Shown here in pieces: positions 8,714 to 18,710 of a DNA stretch of 64,000 nt (position 1 is its first letter; each line of letters opens with the position of its first letter). The translations under genes and the position numbers were made by a program. This DNA comes from Gemmatimonadota bacterium (GTDB lineage: Bacteria > Gemmatimonadota > Gemmatimonadetes > Gemmatimonadales > GWC2-71-9), in the NCBI GenBank assembly GCA_039588295.1, contig JBDHAB010000008.1:24289-88288 (forward strand). The letters are read 5' to 3'. The notes under the pieces were generated by a model, which saw only the letters and a list, made by a program, of their open reading frames with translations, was not told the origin of the DNA and made no database searches.

Positions 8714-9439
8714 ATGGGTAGCGAATCGGTCGGCCTGGCAGTCGCGTTCGTCGCCGGCGTGTTGAGCTTCCTCTCGCCGTGCGTCCTCCCGTTGGTGCCG
8801 AGCTACGTCTCCTTCATCACCGGCCTGTCGCTGGACGAGTTGGAGTCGCGGCGGCGCGTGGCGCTCGTGCACGCGCTGCTCTTCATCAGCGGCTTCACGC
8901 TGATCTTCCTGGCGCTGGGCGCGTCCGCTACACAACTCGGTCGGTTTCTCAACTACAATCAGGTCTGGCTCGAGCGCTTCGGTGGTGTGCTCATCATCTT
9001 CTTCGGCCTCTATCTCGTCGGAGCAATCCGGTGGAGTGCGCTGGGGCGTGAGCGACGGGTGCACCTCCAGAACAAACCGGTTGGCTACCTTGGGAGCCTG
9101 CTCGTCGGGTTGGCGTTTGGGGCCGGATGGACGCCGTGTATCGGGCCGATTTTGGGCTCGATTCTCATGTACACGAGCGTCAAGTCGAGCTTATGGCAGG
9201 GGCTCACCCTCCTCCTGGCCTACTCCCTCGGCCTCGCGCTCCCGTTTCTGCTGGCCGCCGTAGCGGTGGATCGATTCATCGAGTGGTTCAAGAAGTTCCG
9301 CCGCTACATCCCCTTGACCACCAGGTTGGCGGGAGGCGTGCTGGTGGTTGTCGGCCTATTGCTTCTGACTGGCTATTTCTCCTTGCTCGCGAGCTGGCTG
9401 CAGGGTCTGACGCCCGCGTTCCTCCGCGAGCGGCTGTAA
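8714..9439 (+). CDS. ccdA: cytochrome c biogenesis / thiol-disulfide transfer membrane protein CcdA (DsbD family)
   Basis: FLSPCVLPLVPSYVSFITG and GWTPCIGPILGSIL, the two conserved Cys-containing TM motifs of CcdA. Confidence 0.88.
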   Translation: MGSESVGLAVAFVAGVLSFLSPCVLPLVPSYVSFITGLSLDELESRRRVALVHALLFISGFTLIFLALGASATQLGRFLNYNQVWLERFGGVLIIFFGLYLVGAIRWSALGRERRVHLQNKPVGYLGSLLVGLAFGAGWTPCIGPILGSILMYTSVKSSLWQGLTLLLAYSLGLALPFLLAAVAVDRFIEWFKKFRRYIPLTTRLAGGVLVVVGLLLLTGYFSLLASWLQGLTPAFLRERL

Positions 9440-9460
9440 CCGATTTGGCACGCATGCGAG

Positions 9461-9493
9461 CCGCCCGCCGCCGCAGGTTGCGGTGACGGGCGG
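9461..9493. terminator. imperfect GC hairpin between convergent ccdA and aldolase genes
   Basis: ccgcccg (9461-9467) pairs with cgggcgg (9487-9493). An inner ccgc/gcgg pair flanks the loop aggtt. No clear U-tract. Confidence 0.3.
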
Positions 9494-9518
9494 AAGCGAC
9501 GTCGCGCGGGGCCTACCT

Positions 9519-10538
9519 CTACGCCGCGGGCTCCATGCTCGCCTTGTAGCTCCCGAATCGGGCGGCACCGTTCAGCTTGGCCCGCTGGTGGTAGGCCTTC
9601 TGCGCTGCCGGTACGTTTTCCGCCTTGCCCTGCCACACCGCGAGCGCGGGCGCCTGCAGCGCGCGACCATAGGAGAAGCTGAGCTCCCACGGATAATCCC
9701 CCATGGCGTTCATCGCGCTCAAGTGGGCGGTCGCCTCCTCAGCGCTCTGGCCGCCGGACAGGAAGACAATTCCGGGGAGGGATGCGGGCACGGCACGTCT
9801 GAGACAGCGGACGGTTGCTTCGGCCACTTCCTCCACGCCGGCTTGCCGCGGACAGCCCTTTCCCGGGAGCACCATGTTGGGCTTGAGCAAGGCGCCCTCG
9901 AGCACCACACGGTGGGCATGAAGGTGGAAGAACAGGCTCTCGAGTGCAGTCTCCGTAACGTGTTCGCATTGCTCGATGGTGTGATCGCCGTCCATCAACA
10001 CCTCGGGTTCGACGATCGGGACGAGCCCCGCTTCTTGAGATAGCGCCGCGAAGCGGGCGAGCGCGTGGGCGTTGGCGTCGATGCAAAACCGCGTCGGAAG
10101 TCCATCACCGATCGCGATAACCGCCCGCCACTTCGTGAACCGGGCGCCCAGGTCGTGGTACTCTGATAGCCGGTCGCGCAGCCCATCGAGGCCCTCAGTG
10201 ATCTTCTCACCAGGGTAGCCGGCGAGCGGCTTCGCACCGGTGTCGACCTTGATCCCCGGAATGACGCCCACATCTTTGAGCACCTTGGGGAACGGCTTCC
10301 CTGCCTTCGTACTCTGGCGGAGCGTCTCGTCGAACAGAATGACGCCGCTGATGTGCTCTTCGACGCCCTTAGTGGTGAGGAGCATTTCCCGATATGCGCG
10401 ACGGCTGTCTTCCGTCGAACGGACGTTGAGTTGCTTGAACCGCTTTTCGATCGTGCCGAAACTCTCGTCGGCCGCCAGGATGCCCTTGCCCTTGGCCACG
10501 ATCGAATGGGCGATTGATTCGAGTTGTTGAATGCTCAT
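9519..10538 (-). CDS. fba: fructose-bisphosphate aldolase, class I
   Basis: N-terminus KGKGILAADESFGTIEKRF plus IPGIKVDTG, VLEGALLKPNMV (Schiff-base Lys region) and LSGGQS. Confidence 0.92.
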   Translation of the reverse strand: MSIQQLESIAHSIVAKGKGILAADESFGTIEKRFKQLNVRSTEDSRRAYREMLLTTKGVEEHISGVILFDETLRQSTKAGKPFPKVLKDVGVIPGIKVDTGAKPLAGYPGEKITEGLDGLRDRLSEYHDLGARFTKWRAVIAIGDGLPTRFCIDANAHALARFAALSQEAGLVPIVEPEVLMDGDHTIEQCEHVTETALESLFFHLHAHRVVLEGALLKPNMVLPGKGCPRQAGVEEVAEATVRCLRRAVPASLPGIVFLSGGQSAEEATAHLSAMNAMGDYPWELSFSYGRALQAPALAVWQGKAENVPAAQKAYHQRAKLNGAARFGSYKASMEPAA

Positions 10539-10672
10539 TGATGCAACACCTCATGAGATACAGATCGGAGTCGATGAGAAGCGAGCATATCGCTCCCGAT
10601 GCGTCGCCACGTTGTGCACCGAAACTATCTGGCCCTTACGCTCTGCGCCAGTTGCGTCCGGCGCACAGGACG

Positions 10673-12442
10673 CTAGAACCCCGTGGCTCCTCCGCCCGCC
10701 CGCGGGTCGGGCACGCCGATCCACCCGCCTGACGTCCGCATGATGCCGGCGACCTCACCGCTGTAGCCCCGCTGCTCAGCGATGGTATGGCCGATCTCCT
10801 GCAGTCGCATGGTTACCTCGGGCAACAGGCCGTCGTGCTCGTACAGAATCCGGTCGGGGAACGCCTGATGGTGCACCCTCGGGGCCGCGATGGCTTCAGT
10901 GAGGCTCATGCCGTGGTCGATCACGTTGGAAATCACCTGGGTTACCGTCGTGATGATCGTGGGGCCGCCTGGCGTTCCGAGGACCATGAGCAACTCCCCG
11001 TTGGGGTCTAGCACGATCGAGGGTGTCATGGCGGACAGCATACGCTTTCCAGGCTCGACCGCGTTGGCCTCGCCCTGAATCAGGCCGTACTGATTGGGAA
11101 GCCCTGGCGCGGATGTGAAATCGTCCATCTCATTGTTGAGGAGGAACCCGGCCCCCTCGACCGTTACCGCGCTGCCATACCCGGAGTTGAGGGTGGTGGT
11201 GACGGCGACCGCATTCCCTTCCGCGTCGACCACGGAGTAGTGGGTCGTGTGATCTCCCTCGGCAACTCCGGGTTGCAGGGTGGCGCTTTGTGTCGCGTGG
11301 TCCGGGTCGATGGTTGCCCGCTGCTGCGCTGCATACGTCTTGGAAAGCAGCTGGTCGAGCGGCATAGCGACGAAGGCGGGATCGCCGAGAAAGTGATTAC
11401 GATCAATGAACGCGCGACGCATGGCCTCGGCGAGGACGTGCACGTGCGGGACGCTCGCGAATTGCGGCAACGGCTCGAAACCCTCGAGGATGTTGAGGAT
11501 CTGGGCCATGGTGACTCCGCCCGAGCTGGACGGTGGCATGGAGTAGATCGCGTGTCCCCGGTAGCTGATGGCGACGGGCTCCCGCCATATGGCCTCGTAG
11601 GACGCGAGGTCGGTTCGCGCGATCCAGCCTCCACCCCGCTCCATCTCGGCCACGATGAGGTCGGCAACGTATCCCTCGTAGAACACCTTGGATCCACTGT
11701 CGGCGATCGCCTGGAGCGTCCGGGCGAGGTCCGGCTGCACGAAGAGCGTGCCCGCAGGGGGTGCCTCACCCTTTGGCAAGAGAAACTGCGACCGTGACGA
11801 CCGGAACAACCGCAGGCGGCGAGCGGCGTATTCGAGCGATCGGCTCCGGTGTTCGTCGAGTGCGAACCCGTCACGAGCCAAGCGCACGGCTGGCTGCATC
11901 ACCTCAGCGAGCGACATTGTCCCAAACCGGCGCTGTGCCTCCGCGAGTCCGGCAACGCTCCCCGGGACACCCGCTGCCAGGTGTCCGGTGACACGGGTGT
12001 CACGCAAGTTGCCTGCCGTATCCAGGTACATCTCCCGATGAGCCCGTGCCGGAGCCGTCTCTCGGAAGTCGAGTGCGTAGGCCGGGCCGTCGCGCGTACG
12101 GATGATCATGAAGCCCCCACCACCGAGATTCCCGGCGGAGGGGTGCACCACGGCCAAGGCAAAGCCGACGGCGACGGCGGCATCAACCGCATTGCCGCCC
12201 TTACGGAGGATCGCGGCACCGACCTCACTTGCTCGAGGGTGCGCCGACGACACCATCGCCCGCGGCGCGACGACCGGGGTGGTTTCCGCGAACAGCGGCC
12301 AGGTCGGGGGAATGAGCCCGAACGGACCGCCGGCCGGATTCGGCGCCGCAGCCGGTGCGCCGGTTCCCGCACAACCCGCGAGCAGCATGGCCAGTGACGT
12401 GCTGGCCGGGCCGATCCACCCTCCCCAATGGCGACGCCTCAT
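10673..12442 (-). CDS. ggt: gamma-glutamyltranspeptidase (lipoprotein-type signal)
   Basis: Start at ATG 12442 (MRRRHWGG...LAMLLAGC lipobox). Motifs GGNAVDAAVA and NLGGGGFM. Autoprocessing Thr in GDHTTHYSVVD. PGGPTIIT near the C-terminus. Confidence 0.92.
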   Translation of the reverse strand: MRRRHWGGWIGPASTSLAMLLAGCAGTGAPAAAPNPAGGPFGLIPPTWPLFAETTPVVAPRAMVSSAHPRASEVGAAILRKGGNAVDAAVAVGFALAVVHPSAGNLGGGGFMIIRTRDGPAYALDFRETAPARAHREMYLDTAGNLRDTRVTGHLAAGVPGSVAGLAEAQRRFGTMSLAEVMQPAVRLARDGFALDEHRSRSLEYAARRLRLFRSSRSQFLLPKGEAPPAGTLFVQPDLARTLQAIADSGSKVFYEGYVADLIVAEMERGGGWIARTDLASYEAIWREPVAISYRGHAIYSMPPSSSGGVTMAQILNILEGFEPLPQFASVPHVHVLAEAMRRAFIDRNHFLGDPAFVAMPLDQLLSKTYAAQQRATIDPDHATQSATLQPGVAEGDHTTHYSVVDAEGNAVAVTTTLNSGYGSAVTVEGAGFLLNNEMDDFTSAPGLPNQYGLIQGEANAVEPGKRMLSAMTPSIVLDPNGELLMVLGTPGGPTIITTVTQVISNVIDHGMSLTEAIAAPRVHHQAFPDRILYEHDGLLPEVTMRLQEIGHTIAEQRGYSGEVAGIMRTSGGWIGVPDPRAGGGATGF

Positions 12443-12517
12443 GGTGCTCCTCGTTGACCGGAGTCGTATTCTAGTGGAAGATTCACTGCCAAATCTATCA
12501 CGGACACGGCGTCGTCG

Positions 12518-13441
12518 ATGCCAGCACCCGATTTCATCGATTCCCGGCTCACGGAGCGGCGCAACCCGCGCACCGCGAATATCGACGTGGCATCGTCGCT
12601 CGAGATCGTCGATCTGCTGAACGCCGAGGACCGGCTGGTTCCGGAGGCCATGTCCGCGGTGCGGCATGACATTGCCGCTGCCATCGACCTCGTGGTCGCG
12701 ACGTTCCGTCGGGCAGGCAGGCTTGTGTACGTCGGCGCGGGGACGAGCGGTCGGCTTGGCGTCCTGGATGCGGCAGAATGCCCGCCGACATTCGGGACCC
12801 GACCGGAGATGGTCGTCGGCGTGATCGCCGGCGGACCCGACGCGCTTGTGCGAAGTCAGGAAGGGGCCGAGGACGATCGCGGTGCCGCCCGCGACGCGAT
12901 GGGCAACGTGGCGGTCACCTCGCGGGACATCGTACTCGGTGTTGCCGCAAGCGGGACCACCCCGTATGTCCACGCGGCGCTCGAGTACGCGCGACAGGTC
13001 GGGGCGCAGACCGTGCTCGTCACGTGTACCGACCCGCCCCAGGGGCTCGCGCAGATGTGTGACGCCGTGATCGTGCTGCGCGTCGGACCCGAAGCGCTGA
13101 CTGGATCGACGCGTCTCAAGGCCGGCACCGCGACCAAACTCACGTTGAACGCGATCACCACGGGCGCCATGATTCGGCTCGGCAAGGCCTACGGGAATCT
13201 GATGGTGGATCTCATGGCCTGGAGCGACAAGCTTCGCGACCGGGGTGAGCGGATCGTGATGGAGACATGTGGGGTGACTCGCGAGCGCGCCAGAGCGGCG
13301 ATCGACGCGGCCGCTGGATCCGTGAAACTCGCGATCGTCATGGTACGCTGCGCCGTGGAAGCCGCCGAAGCGCGACGACTCCTCGACCAGGCGGATGGCG
13401 TGATCCGGTCGGCGGTTGGCGATCCACCACCGGTGCCGTGA
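12518..13441 (+). CDS. murQ: N-acetylmuramic acid 6-phosphate etherase
   Basis: LTERRNPRTANID opening, SIS-domain GAGTSGRLGVLDAAECPPTF, GVAASGTTPYV, STRLKAGTATKL. Confidence 0.9.
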   Translation: MPAPDFIDSRLTERRNPRTANIDVASSLEIVDLLNAEDRLVPEAMSAVRHDIAAAIDLVVATFRRAGRLVYVGAGTSGRLGVLDAAECPPTFGTRPEMVVGVIAGGPDALVRSQEGAEDDRGAARDAMGNVAVTSRDIVLGVAASGTTPYVHAALEYARQVGAQTVLVTCTDPPQGLAQMCDAVIVLRVGPEALTGSTRLKAGTATKLTLNAITTGAMIRLGKAYGNLMVDLMAWSDKLRDRGERIVMETCGVTRERARAAIDAAAGSVKLAIVMVRCAVEAAEARRLLDQADGVIRSAVGDPPPVP

Positions 13442-14559
13442 GCGAGCTGGTGCTGGGACTGATGTCGGGAACGTCGATCGACGGTGTGGATGCGGCGCTC
13501 GTCGAGATCGAGGGTCCGTCCACCGTCCGCCTCGTTGCCTGGGAAACACGGCCCTACGAACCGACCGAGCGCGCCGCAATTCTCCAGGTGATCACGAACG
13601 GCTCGGTGCGTGACGTCGCCCTGTTGCACCGGCAGCTGGGCAACTGGCTCGCCGAGGCCGGCAGCGCCCTGCTGAAACGCACGCGGCACTCCGCGACGAG
13701 CCTCGCCTGTGTCGCGTCCCATGGCCAGACGGTCTGGCACGAGCCGGGACAAGCCACGCTTCAGCTCGGTTGTCCCGCAACACTGGCAGAGCGCCTTGGG
13801 GTGCAGGTGGTGAGTGACTTCCGGAGCCGCGACGTCGCGGGAGGTGGGCAGGGGGCACCCCTGGTACCGGTCGCGGACGCCATGCTGTTTGGCCACCCGA
13901 CCCGCGGTCGCGCGTTGCTCAATATCGGTGGGATAGCCAACGTCACGTGGGTTCCCAAGCGTGGCGCGCTCGACGGCGTCATGGCGTTTGACACGGGGCC
14001 GGGGGTGGCCGTGATCGACGCCGTGGCGCGCTTGGCTGATTCGACCCAGCCGTACGATCGCGACGGCGCGCGCGCGGCGCGCGGGAGCGCCGTCGCGGCG
14101 GTGGTCGACGAGCTGATCGCGCATCCGTACTTCGCGGCATCGCCGCCGAAGAGTACTGGCCGCGAGGCTTTCGGCGGCGACGTTGCCCTGCGGCTCGTCG
14201 CACTGGTTCGGTCACATCGATCCGAGGCGAGCGACGACGACTGTGTGGCAACGGCCGTGGAGCTCACGGCCCGGTCGATCGCGAGCGCGTTCGCGCGGTG
14301 GCTCCCGGGCGACCCAACGCGCGACCTGGTTGTCTCGGGCGGCGGAGCGCGCAACCCCACCCTGCTGGCCCGTGTTCGGACGCTGCTCCCCGATTGGCCC
14401 GTTCGGCTGTTCGATGAGGAGTTTTTCGATGGCGACGCCAAGGAGGCGGTTGCCTTCGCCTACCTGGGCTGGCGGACGCTCCACGGATTGGCGGGTAACG
14501 TGCCGACAGCGACGGGTGCGGTGGGGCCGCGGGTGCTCGGAAGCATCACGCCGGGATAG
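13438..14559 (+). CDS. anmK: anhydro-N-acetylmuramic acid kinase
   Basis: GLMSGTSIDGVDAALVEI N-terminal signature, DFRSRDVAGGGQGAPL, NIGGIAN. GTG at 13438 forms a GTGA overlap with the murQ stop. Confidence 0.9.
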   Translation: MSELVLGLMSGTSIDGVDAALVEIEGPSTVRLVAWETRPYEPTERAAILQVITNGSVRDVALLHRQLGNWLAEAGSALLKRTRHSATSLACVASHGQTVWHEPGQATLQLGCPATLAERLGVQVVSDFRSRDVAGGGQGAPLVPVADAMLFGHPTRGRALLNIGGIANVTWVPKRGALDGVMAFDTGPGVAVIDAVARLADSTQPYDRDGARAARGSAVAAVVDELIAHPYFAASPPKSTGREAFGGDVALRLVALVRSHRSEASDDDCVATAVELTARSIASAFARWLPGDPTRDLVVSGGGARNPTLLARVRTLLPDWPVRLFDEEFFDGDAKEAVAFAYLGWRTLHGLAGNVPTATGAVGPRVLGSITPG

Positions 14560-14591
14560 CCCCAGGGATTAATCCGGCGAGAGGCGGCGCG

Positions 14592-15998
14592 TCACTCCAG
14601 GGTCTCGAGCAGCCTCGCGGCGTAGCTGGACGGTACGCCGTACACGATTCTCCCGCCCGCACCTGGTTGGCCTCCGAACAGCACGGCAATCACGTCCCCG
14701 TTGCGATCGAAGATCGGGCTGCCGCTCGCCCCCGCCGTACCGTACCCGTCGATCTGCACGACGTCGTTCAGCACCTTGCTGACCGATCCGGCGAAGAGGC
14801 TGCTACGGGCCACTGCGCCGGCCATGGGGAGCTCGGTGCCGAGCGGGAAACCGATCAACGCGACCGGGTCGCCTTGGCGCAGCGTGTCGGGTCGGAGATT
14901 CAATGCTTGCACCGTGGGCACGCCGCCGCGGATATCGACTTTCACGGCAGCCAGGTCCGCATCGGGTGAGACACCGAGCACGCGTCCGCGCCACGTCTGC
15001 TCGGAGTCGGCAAAGCGAACGGCGATCTCGATCGGCTGCCGTGTGCCGTCCTCACCCGCGACGACATGCCGATTCGTGAGCAGCACGCCATCGGATCGCA
15101 CCGCGAACGCGGTGCCCGTGAAAATCTCTCGCGGGCCGAATCTGACCCAAATCAGCGCCACCGCTTGTTGATTGCGATCGGCGATACCAACAAAATCGAC
15201 GTGCGCGGCGATCTGCTGGTACTGAAGGTGTCGGCTCGCGTCCGCCAGTTCTCGGGAGAGCGCCGCGACCCGATCGCTGCTCCCCGCCTGTTGTGCCGCC
15301 GTGAGGTCGCGCTGCAGGCGGGTAACTTCGGTCTGGGATGCCCGCAGCCGGGACGCGAGTCCTTGCACCTGACCGCGGAGCGCCGCCACGGCCTCCTCCG
15401 AGGCGCGCATGATGCTGTCGGTGCGCGCCTGTAGCGCCGCAACCTCGGCCGCGCGCCGTTGCGTTTGGGCCCGGGAAAACACGACCACGGACCCGACCAC
15501 GATCACGAACGCGGCAAACAGCGCCCCGACCACGATGCGCAGCCTCCGTGTCTGGCGGCCGACCTCGACGCGAATCCGCTGCGTCGTGCTTTCCCGCGGC
15601 TGTTCACCTTCGCTCGTTGCGCGGATCAGGCGTGGTTCCGCCGACGGGGCTGCGGCCGCCGGTGAGATGATCCCGTCTGCGGTGCCATCCGCGACGCACC
15701 GGAACTCCAGTTTCGGTCCACCCTCGCCAAACTGGATCTGGTCGGTATCGTCGAGCTGGGTATCCGTGTGGATGCGGTGTCCGTTCACAAACGTGCCGTT
15801 ACGGCTCTCCGTATCCTGCACCCACCACGACCCGGCTTTGTGGAAGAGCACAGCGTGGTGCGCGGAGACTTCCAAGTCTCCCTCGGGGTCGAATCGGAGA
15901 TCCGACGATGCGTGACGACCGATGTGAATGCGGGGTTTCGAGAAGACCTCGGTGTGGCCGGTCCGTGCCCCCGAAAGGATGTGGAGCTGAGGCTTCAC
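14592..15998 (-). CDS. FHA domain - TM helix - coiled coil - trypsin-like (S1/Trypsin_2) serine protease fusion
   Basis: N-terminal FHA (IHIGRHASSDLRF...VSAHHAVL...DTESRNGTFVNG). TM helix LRIVVGALFAAFVIVVGSVVVF. Ala/Gln/Arg-rich heptad-like segment. Protease triad contexts LTNRHVV, DLAAVKV, GASGSPIF. GTG start. Confidence 0.8.
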   Translation of the reverse strand: MKPQLHILSGARTGHTEVFSKPRIHIGRHASSDLRFDPEGDLEVSAHHAVLFHKAGSWWVQDTESRNGTFVNGHRIHTDTQLDDTDQIQFGEGGPKLEFRCVADGTADGIISPAAAAPSAEPRLIRATSEGEQPRESTTQRIRVEVGRQTRRLRIVVGALFAAFVIVVGSVVVFSRAQTQRRAAEVAALQARTDSIMRASEEAVAALRGQVQGLASRLRASQTEVTRLQRDLTAAQQAGSSDRVAALSRELADASRHLQYQQIAAHVDFVGIADRNQQAVALIWVRFGPREIFTGTAFAVRSDGVLLTNRHVVAGEDGTRQPIEIAVRFADSEQTWRGRVLGVSPDADLAAVKVDIRGGVPTVQALNLRPDTLRQGDPVALIGFPLGTELPMAGAVARSSLFAGSVSKVLNDVVQIDGYGTAGASGSPIFDRNGDVIAVLFGGQPGAGGRIVYGVPSSYAARLLETLE

Positions 15999-16008
15999 GC
16001 GCGTCGCG

Positions 16009-17043
16009 TCAGAAGCCGCTCACCGCGAAGAGCAGAGCGGCGGCACTGATGCCCGCGGCCAGCGCGCCCGCGAGGATCAGCTGGACCCTGTTCTGCGGCG
16101 TCGGCGGAGGACTGCCTCGGTAGACGGGCACCGGCTCGGTGGTCGATTCCGGGTCGAGCAGCGGGTAGACCTGATGGCCGATCTCCTCGGTGCCGACCGG
16201 ATCCTTGAGCGTGCTGCCGTCGAACCGGGCGATCACGACCGTGATGTTGTCGGGTCCGCCCCGCTCGTTGGCCAAATCGATGAGTTCCGAGCAGATCCCG
16301 ACGAGATCCTTGCCCTGCTGCGACACGGCCTTCGCAATCTCCTCGCGGGTGACCTGGCCTGACAGCCCGTCAGAACAGACAACGACCGTGTCCCCCTTGC
16401 ACAGTTGCTGGTTCGTGAGGTCGACCCGCACCTTCGCGTCGGGCCCGAGCGCCTGGAGAATGATGTTGCGCCGCTCGCTGCGTTCCGCCTCCTCTTCGCT
16501 GATCTCGCCCGCGTCGACCAGACGCTGCATCAGCGACTGATCCTTCGTGAGCTGAATGCCTTCGCCGGCGCGGACCAAATAGGCGCGGGAGTCACCGACC
16601 TGCGTGAGATACAGGTAATCCCCGAGCACGCCCACGGCGGTGGTCGTGGTTCCCATGCCACGCATCTCCGGATGCGCCTTGGCGTAGGCATGGATCTGGT
16701 CGTTGGTGACCTCGACCGCCTCCTTGAGACGGTAGGCAAACTGCTGAGGGGTCGTTTCTTGGTCCGGGATCCAAAGCTCGACCATGTGGTTGTAGATGAT
16801 CTCCGTGGCCATCTGGCTGGCAACCTCGCCAGCGGCTGCCCCACCCATGCCGTCCGCGACCACCAGGAGCGAGCCCTTGGGGCCCACCTCGTGCTCCCGT
16901 ACGGCCGGCTGGAGCGACGCCTCCTTCGCCGTGAGGTTCGCGACCAGGAAGGTGTCTTCGTTGTGCTCGCGCGTGCGACCAACGTCGGTCTTGCCGAACA
17001 CGGTCACGCGAATGCCGGAGTCCTTCGAGCCGAAGAGTTTCAC
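16009..17043 (-). CDS. PP2C-family Ser/Thr phosphatase with C-terminal membrane anchor
   Basis: TDVGRTREHNED, VADGMGG, CSDGLSG, GGPDNITVV. C-terminal helix LILAGALAAGISAAALLFAV. Confidence 0.9.
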   Translation of the reverse strand: MKLFGSKDSGIRVTVFGKTDVGRTREHNEDTFLVANLTAKEASLQPAVREHEVGPKGSLLVVADGMGGAAAGEVASQMATEIIYNHMVELWIPDQETTPQQFAYRLKEAVEVTNDQIHAYAKAHPEMRGMGTTTTAVGVLGDYLYLTQVGDSRAYLVRAGEGIQLTKDQSLMQRLVDAGEISEEEAERSERRNIILQALGPDAKVRVDLTNQQLCKGDTVVVCSDGLSGQVTREEIAKAVSQQGKDLVGICSELIDLANERGGPDNITVVIARFDGSTLKDPVGTEEIGHQVYPLLDPESTTEPVPVYRGSPPPTPQNRVQLILAGALAAGISAAALLFAVSGF

Positions 17044-18710
17044 GGGCAGGCTAGGTTCCCCTTGGCGAATTCGTACGCGCCTCGGTACTTCGGATCACTG
17101 GGTGAGCGGTCGAGAGCGTTCCGATACCATCTGCACGCTTCCGCTGTTTGCTCTGCATTATTGTACCACGCCCCGAGGACTAGCGCTGCCTGGGCGCGCA
17201 AGGAATCGGGAACGGCGACACCATTGTAGATCGTCGTGGCGCTGTCGCGAACCGCGGCAGCGGTCGTCTGATCGATGATCACCCGCTCTTCAAATCCATC
17301 GAGCGCCTGGCGCAGCACGACGAAATCCGGCACGGCGGCCGTCGCGTTCGCCGGTGTGCCGCTTTCCTGTCCGCCGGGACCCTCGGCCCCACCCTCCGGC
17401 GATCCGCCTCCGGGATCCGTGTTGGCGTCACGGCCGCCGCCCTGGCGGGCCGTGTCTTCGGTGACGGGCGCGCCTACCACCCCGCTGTCACCGACGGTCT
17501 GCTCCGGCGGCCCGTCCCCACGGGTGAGCCAGACGGCCGATCCACCGCCGATCACTACGACCGCTGCCGCTGCCGCAATTGCGGCTGCGGGCCTGCGCTT
17601 CCGCGAAGCGACTGGGGACGGGATGGGGGCCGGCGTCGGAGGCGTCGTGGCGACCGGGGACTTTGACACGCGGGTCTTCGGGAGCCTGGCAGTGGTCGCG
17701 GACGCGGTCCCATCCATGAGCTGTGTTGCCGTCTCGATCCGCTTAGCCGAGGCGGTACTCGGCGCGCCTCCGACCGCGTCGAGGGCATCCCGGGCGAACG
17801 CGACGGCACTGGTGTACCGGTCACCGGGCATTCGGGCGAGTGCCCGATCCATCACTTGCTGGAGCCGCGGCGGGTAGTCGGCGCCCGGATGCGCCTTGTT
17901 GAGCGGAATTGGCTCGTCCGTGAGCCGCTTGATCATCAACTCTTGAGCGCTGTCCGCTGCGAACGGCAGCTCGCCCGACAGCATGCGGTAGAACACCAGC
18001 GCCAGCGAGTAGATGTCGCTTCGACCGTCGAGGACGTCGCCGGAGAGTTGCTCGGGGCTCATGTATTCGGGCGTCCCCACCACCAATCCAGTCTTGGTGA
18101 CCTTTTGCCCTTCCTCGCCCGTCATCGCCTTCGCAATGCCGAAATCCACGACTTTGACGATGTCCGTGTCGTCCCGGGCCCGTGCCAGCATGATGTTGTC
18201 GGGTTTGAGGTCCCGGTGCACGATCCCGAGATCGTGCGCGGCTTGGAGGGCATCGGCCGTCTGCCGCAGGATCTGGGCCGCCCGAGGGGCCGAGACCCGG
18301 CCCTCGCGGCGGAGGACATCGCTCAAGCTGTCGCCCTCGATGAACTCCATCGCAAGGTAGATCAGCCCTTCCGCGGTCTCCCCGAAGTCATAGATGGCGC
18401 AGACGTTGGCATGATTGATTCGCGCCGCGTTGGCCGCCTCGCGATTGAACCGCGCGATGGCTTCCGCGTCGTTCGCCATCGATTCGGCCATGACCTTGAT
18501 GGCGCTTCGACGACCCATCTTCACATGAGTGCCCAGGTACACGGCACCCATACCGCCTTCGCCCAGCTTCTCTTCGATGTGATAACGGTCAGCGACCACG
18601 CTGCCGATCAGATCGGCTCCGCCCGTGGCGGCCCGAAGTGTGGTGCCGTCGTTCGGGCAGAACTTCGTGTCGTCGGACCATTGGGCGCCGCAGACCGTGC
18701 AGGTCTTCAC
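17040..18710 (-). CDS. Ser/Thr protein kinase with N-terminal zinc ribbon, TM helix and extracytoplasmic TPR-like tail
   Basis: CTVCGAQWSDDTKFCPNDG, then GEGGMGAVY, SAIKVM, HRDLKPDNIM, DFGIAK, SPEQ. GTG at 18710 forms a GTGA overlap with the upstream FHA gene. The ORF-track extension to 18989 lies inside that gene. Confidence 0.88.
   Translation of the reverse strand: MKTCTVCGAQWSDDTKFCPNDGTTLRAATGGADLIGSVVADRYHIEEKLGEGGMGAVYLGTHVKMGRRSAIKVMAESMANDAEAIARFNREAANAARINHANVCAIYDFGETAEGLIYLAMEFIEGDSLSDVLRREGRVSAPRAAQILRQTADALQAAHDLGIVHRDLKPDNIMLARARDDTDIVKVVDFGIAKAMTGEEGQKVTKTGLVVGTPEYMSPEQLSGDVLDGRSDIYSLALVFYRMLSGELPFAADSAQELMIKRLTDEPIPLNKAHPGADYPPRLQQVMDRALARMPGDRYTSAVAFARDALDAVGGAPSTASAKRIETATQLMDGTASATTARLPKTRVSKSPVATTPPTPAPIPSPVASRKRRPAAAIAAAAAVVVIGGGSAVWLTRGDGPPEQTVGDSGVVGAPVTEDTARQGGGRDANTDPGGGSPEGGAEGPGGQESGTPANATAAVPDFVVLRQALDGFEERVIIDQTTAAAVRDSATTIYNGVAVPDSLRAQAALVLGAWYNNAEQTAEACRWYRNALDRSPSDPKYRGAYEFAKGNLACP

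Noticed and set aside
12443-13579. N-terminal 379 codons of the 968-aa minus-strand ORF (10673..13579)
   Set aside because: This part is antisense to the strongly supported murQ gene and is Arg/His/Gly-rich with no motif. GGT homology, with a proper lipoprotein signal, begins at the ATG at 12442.
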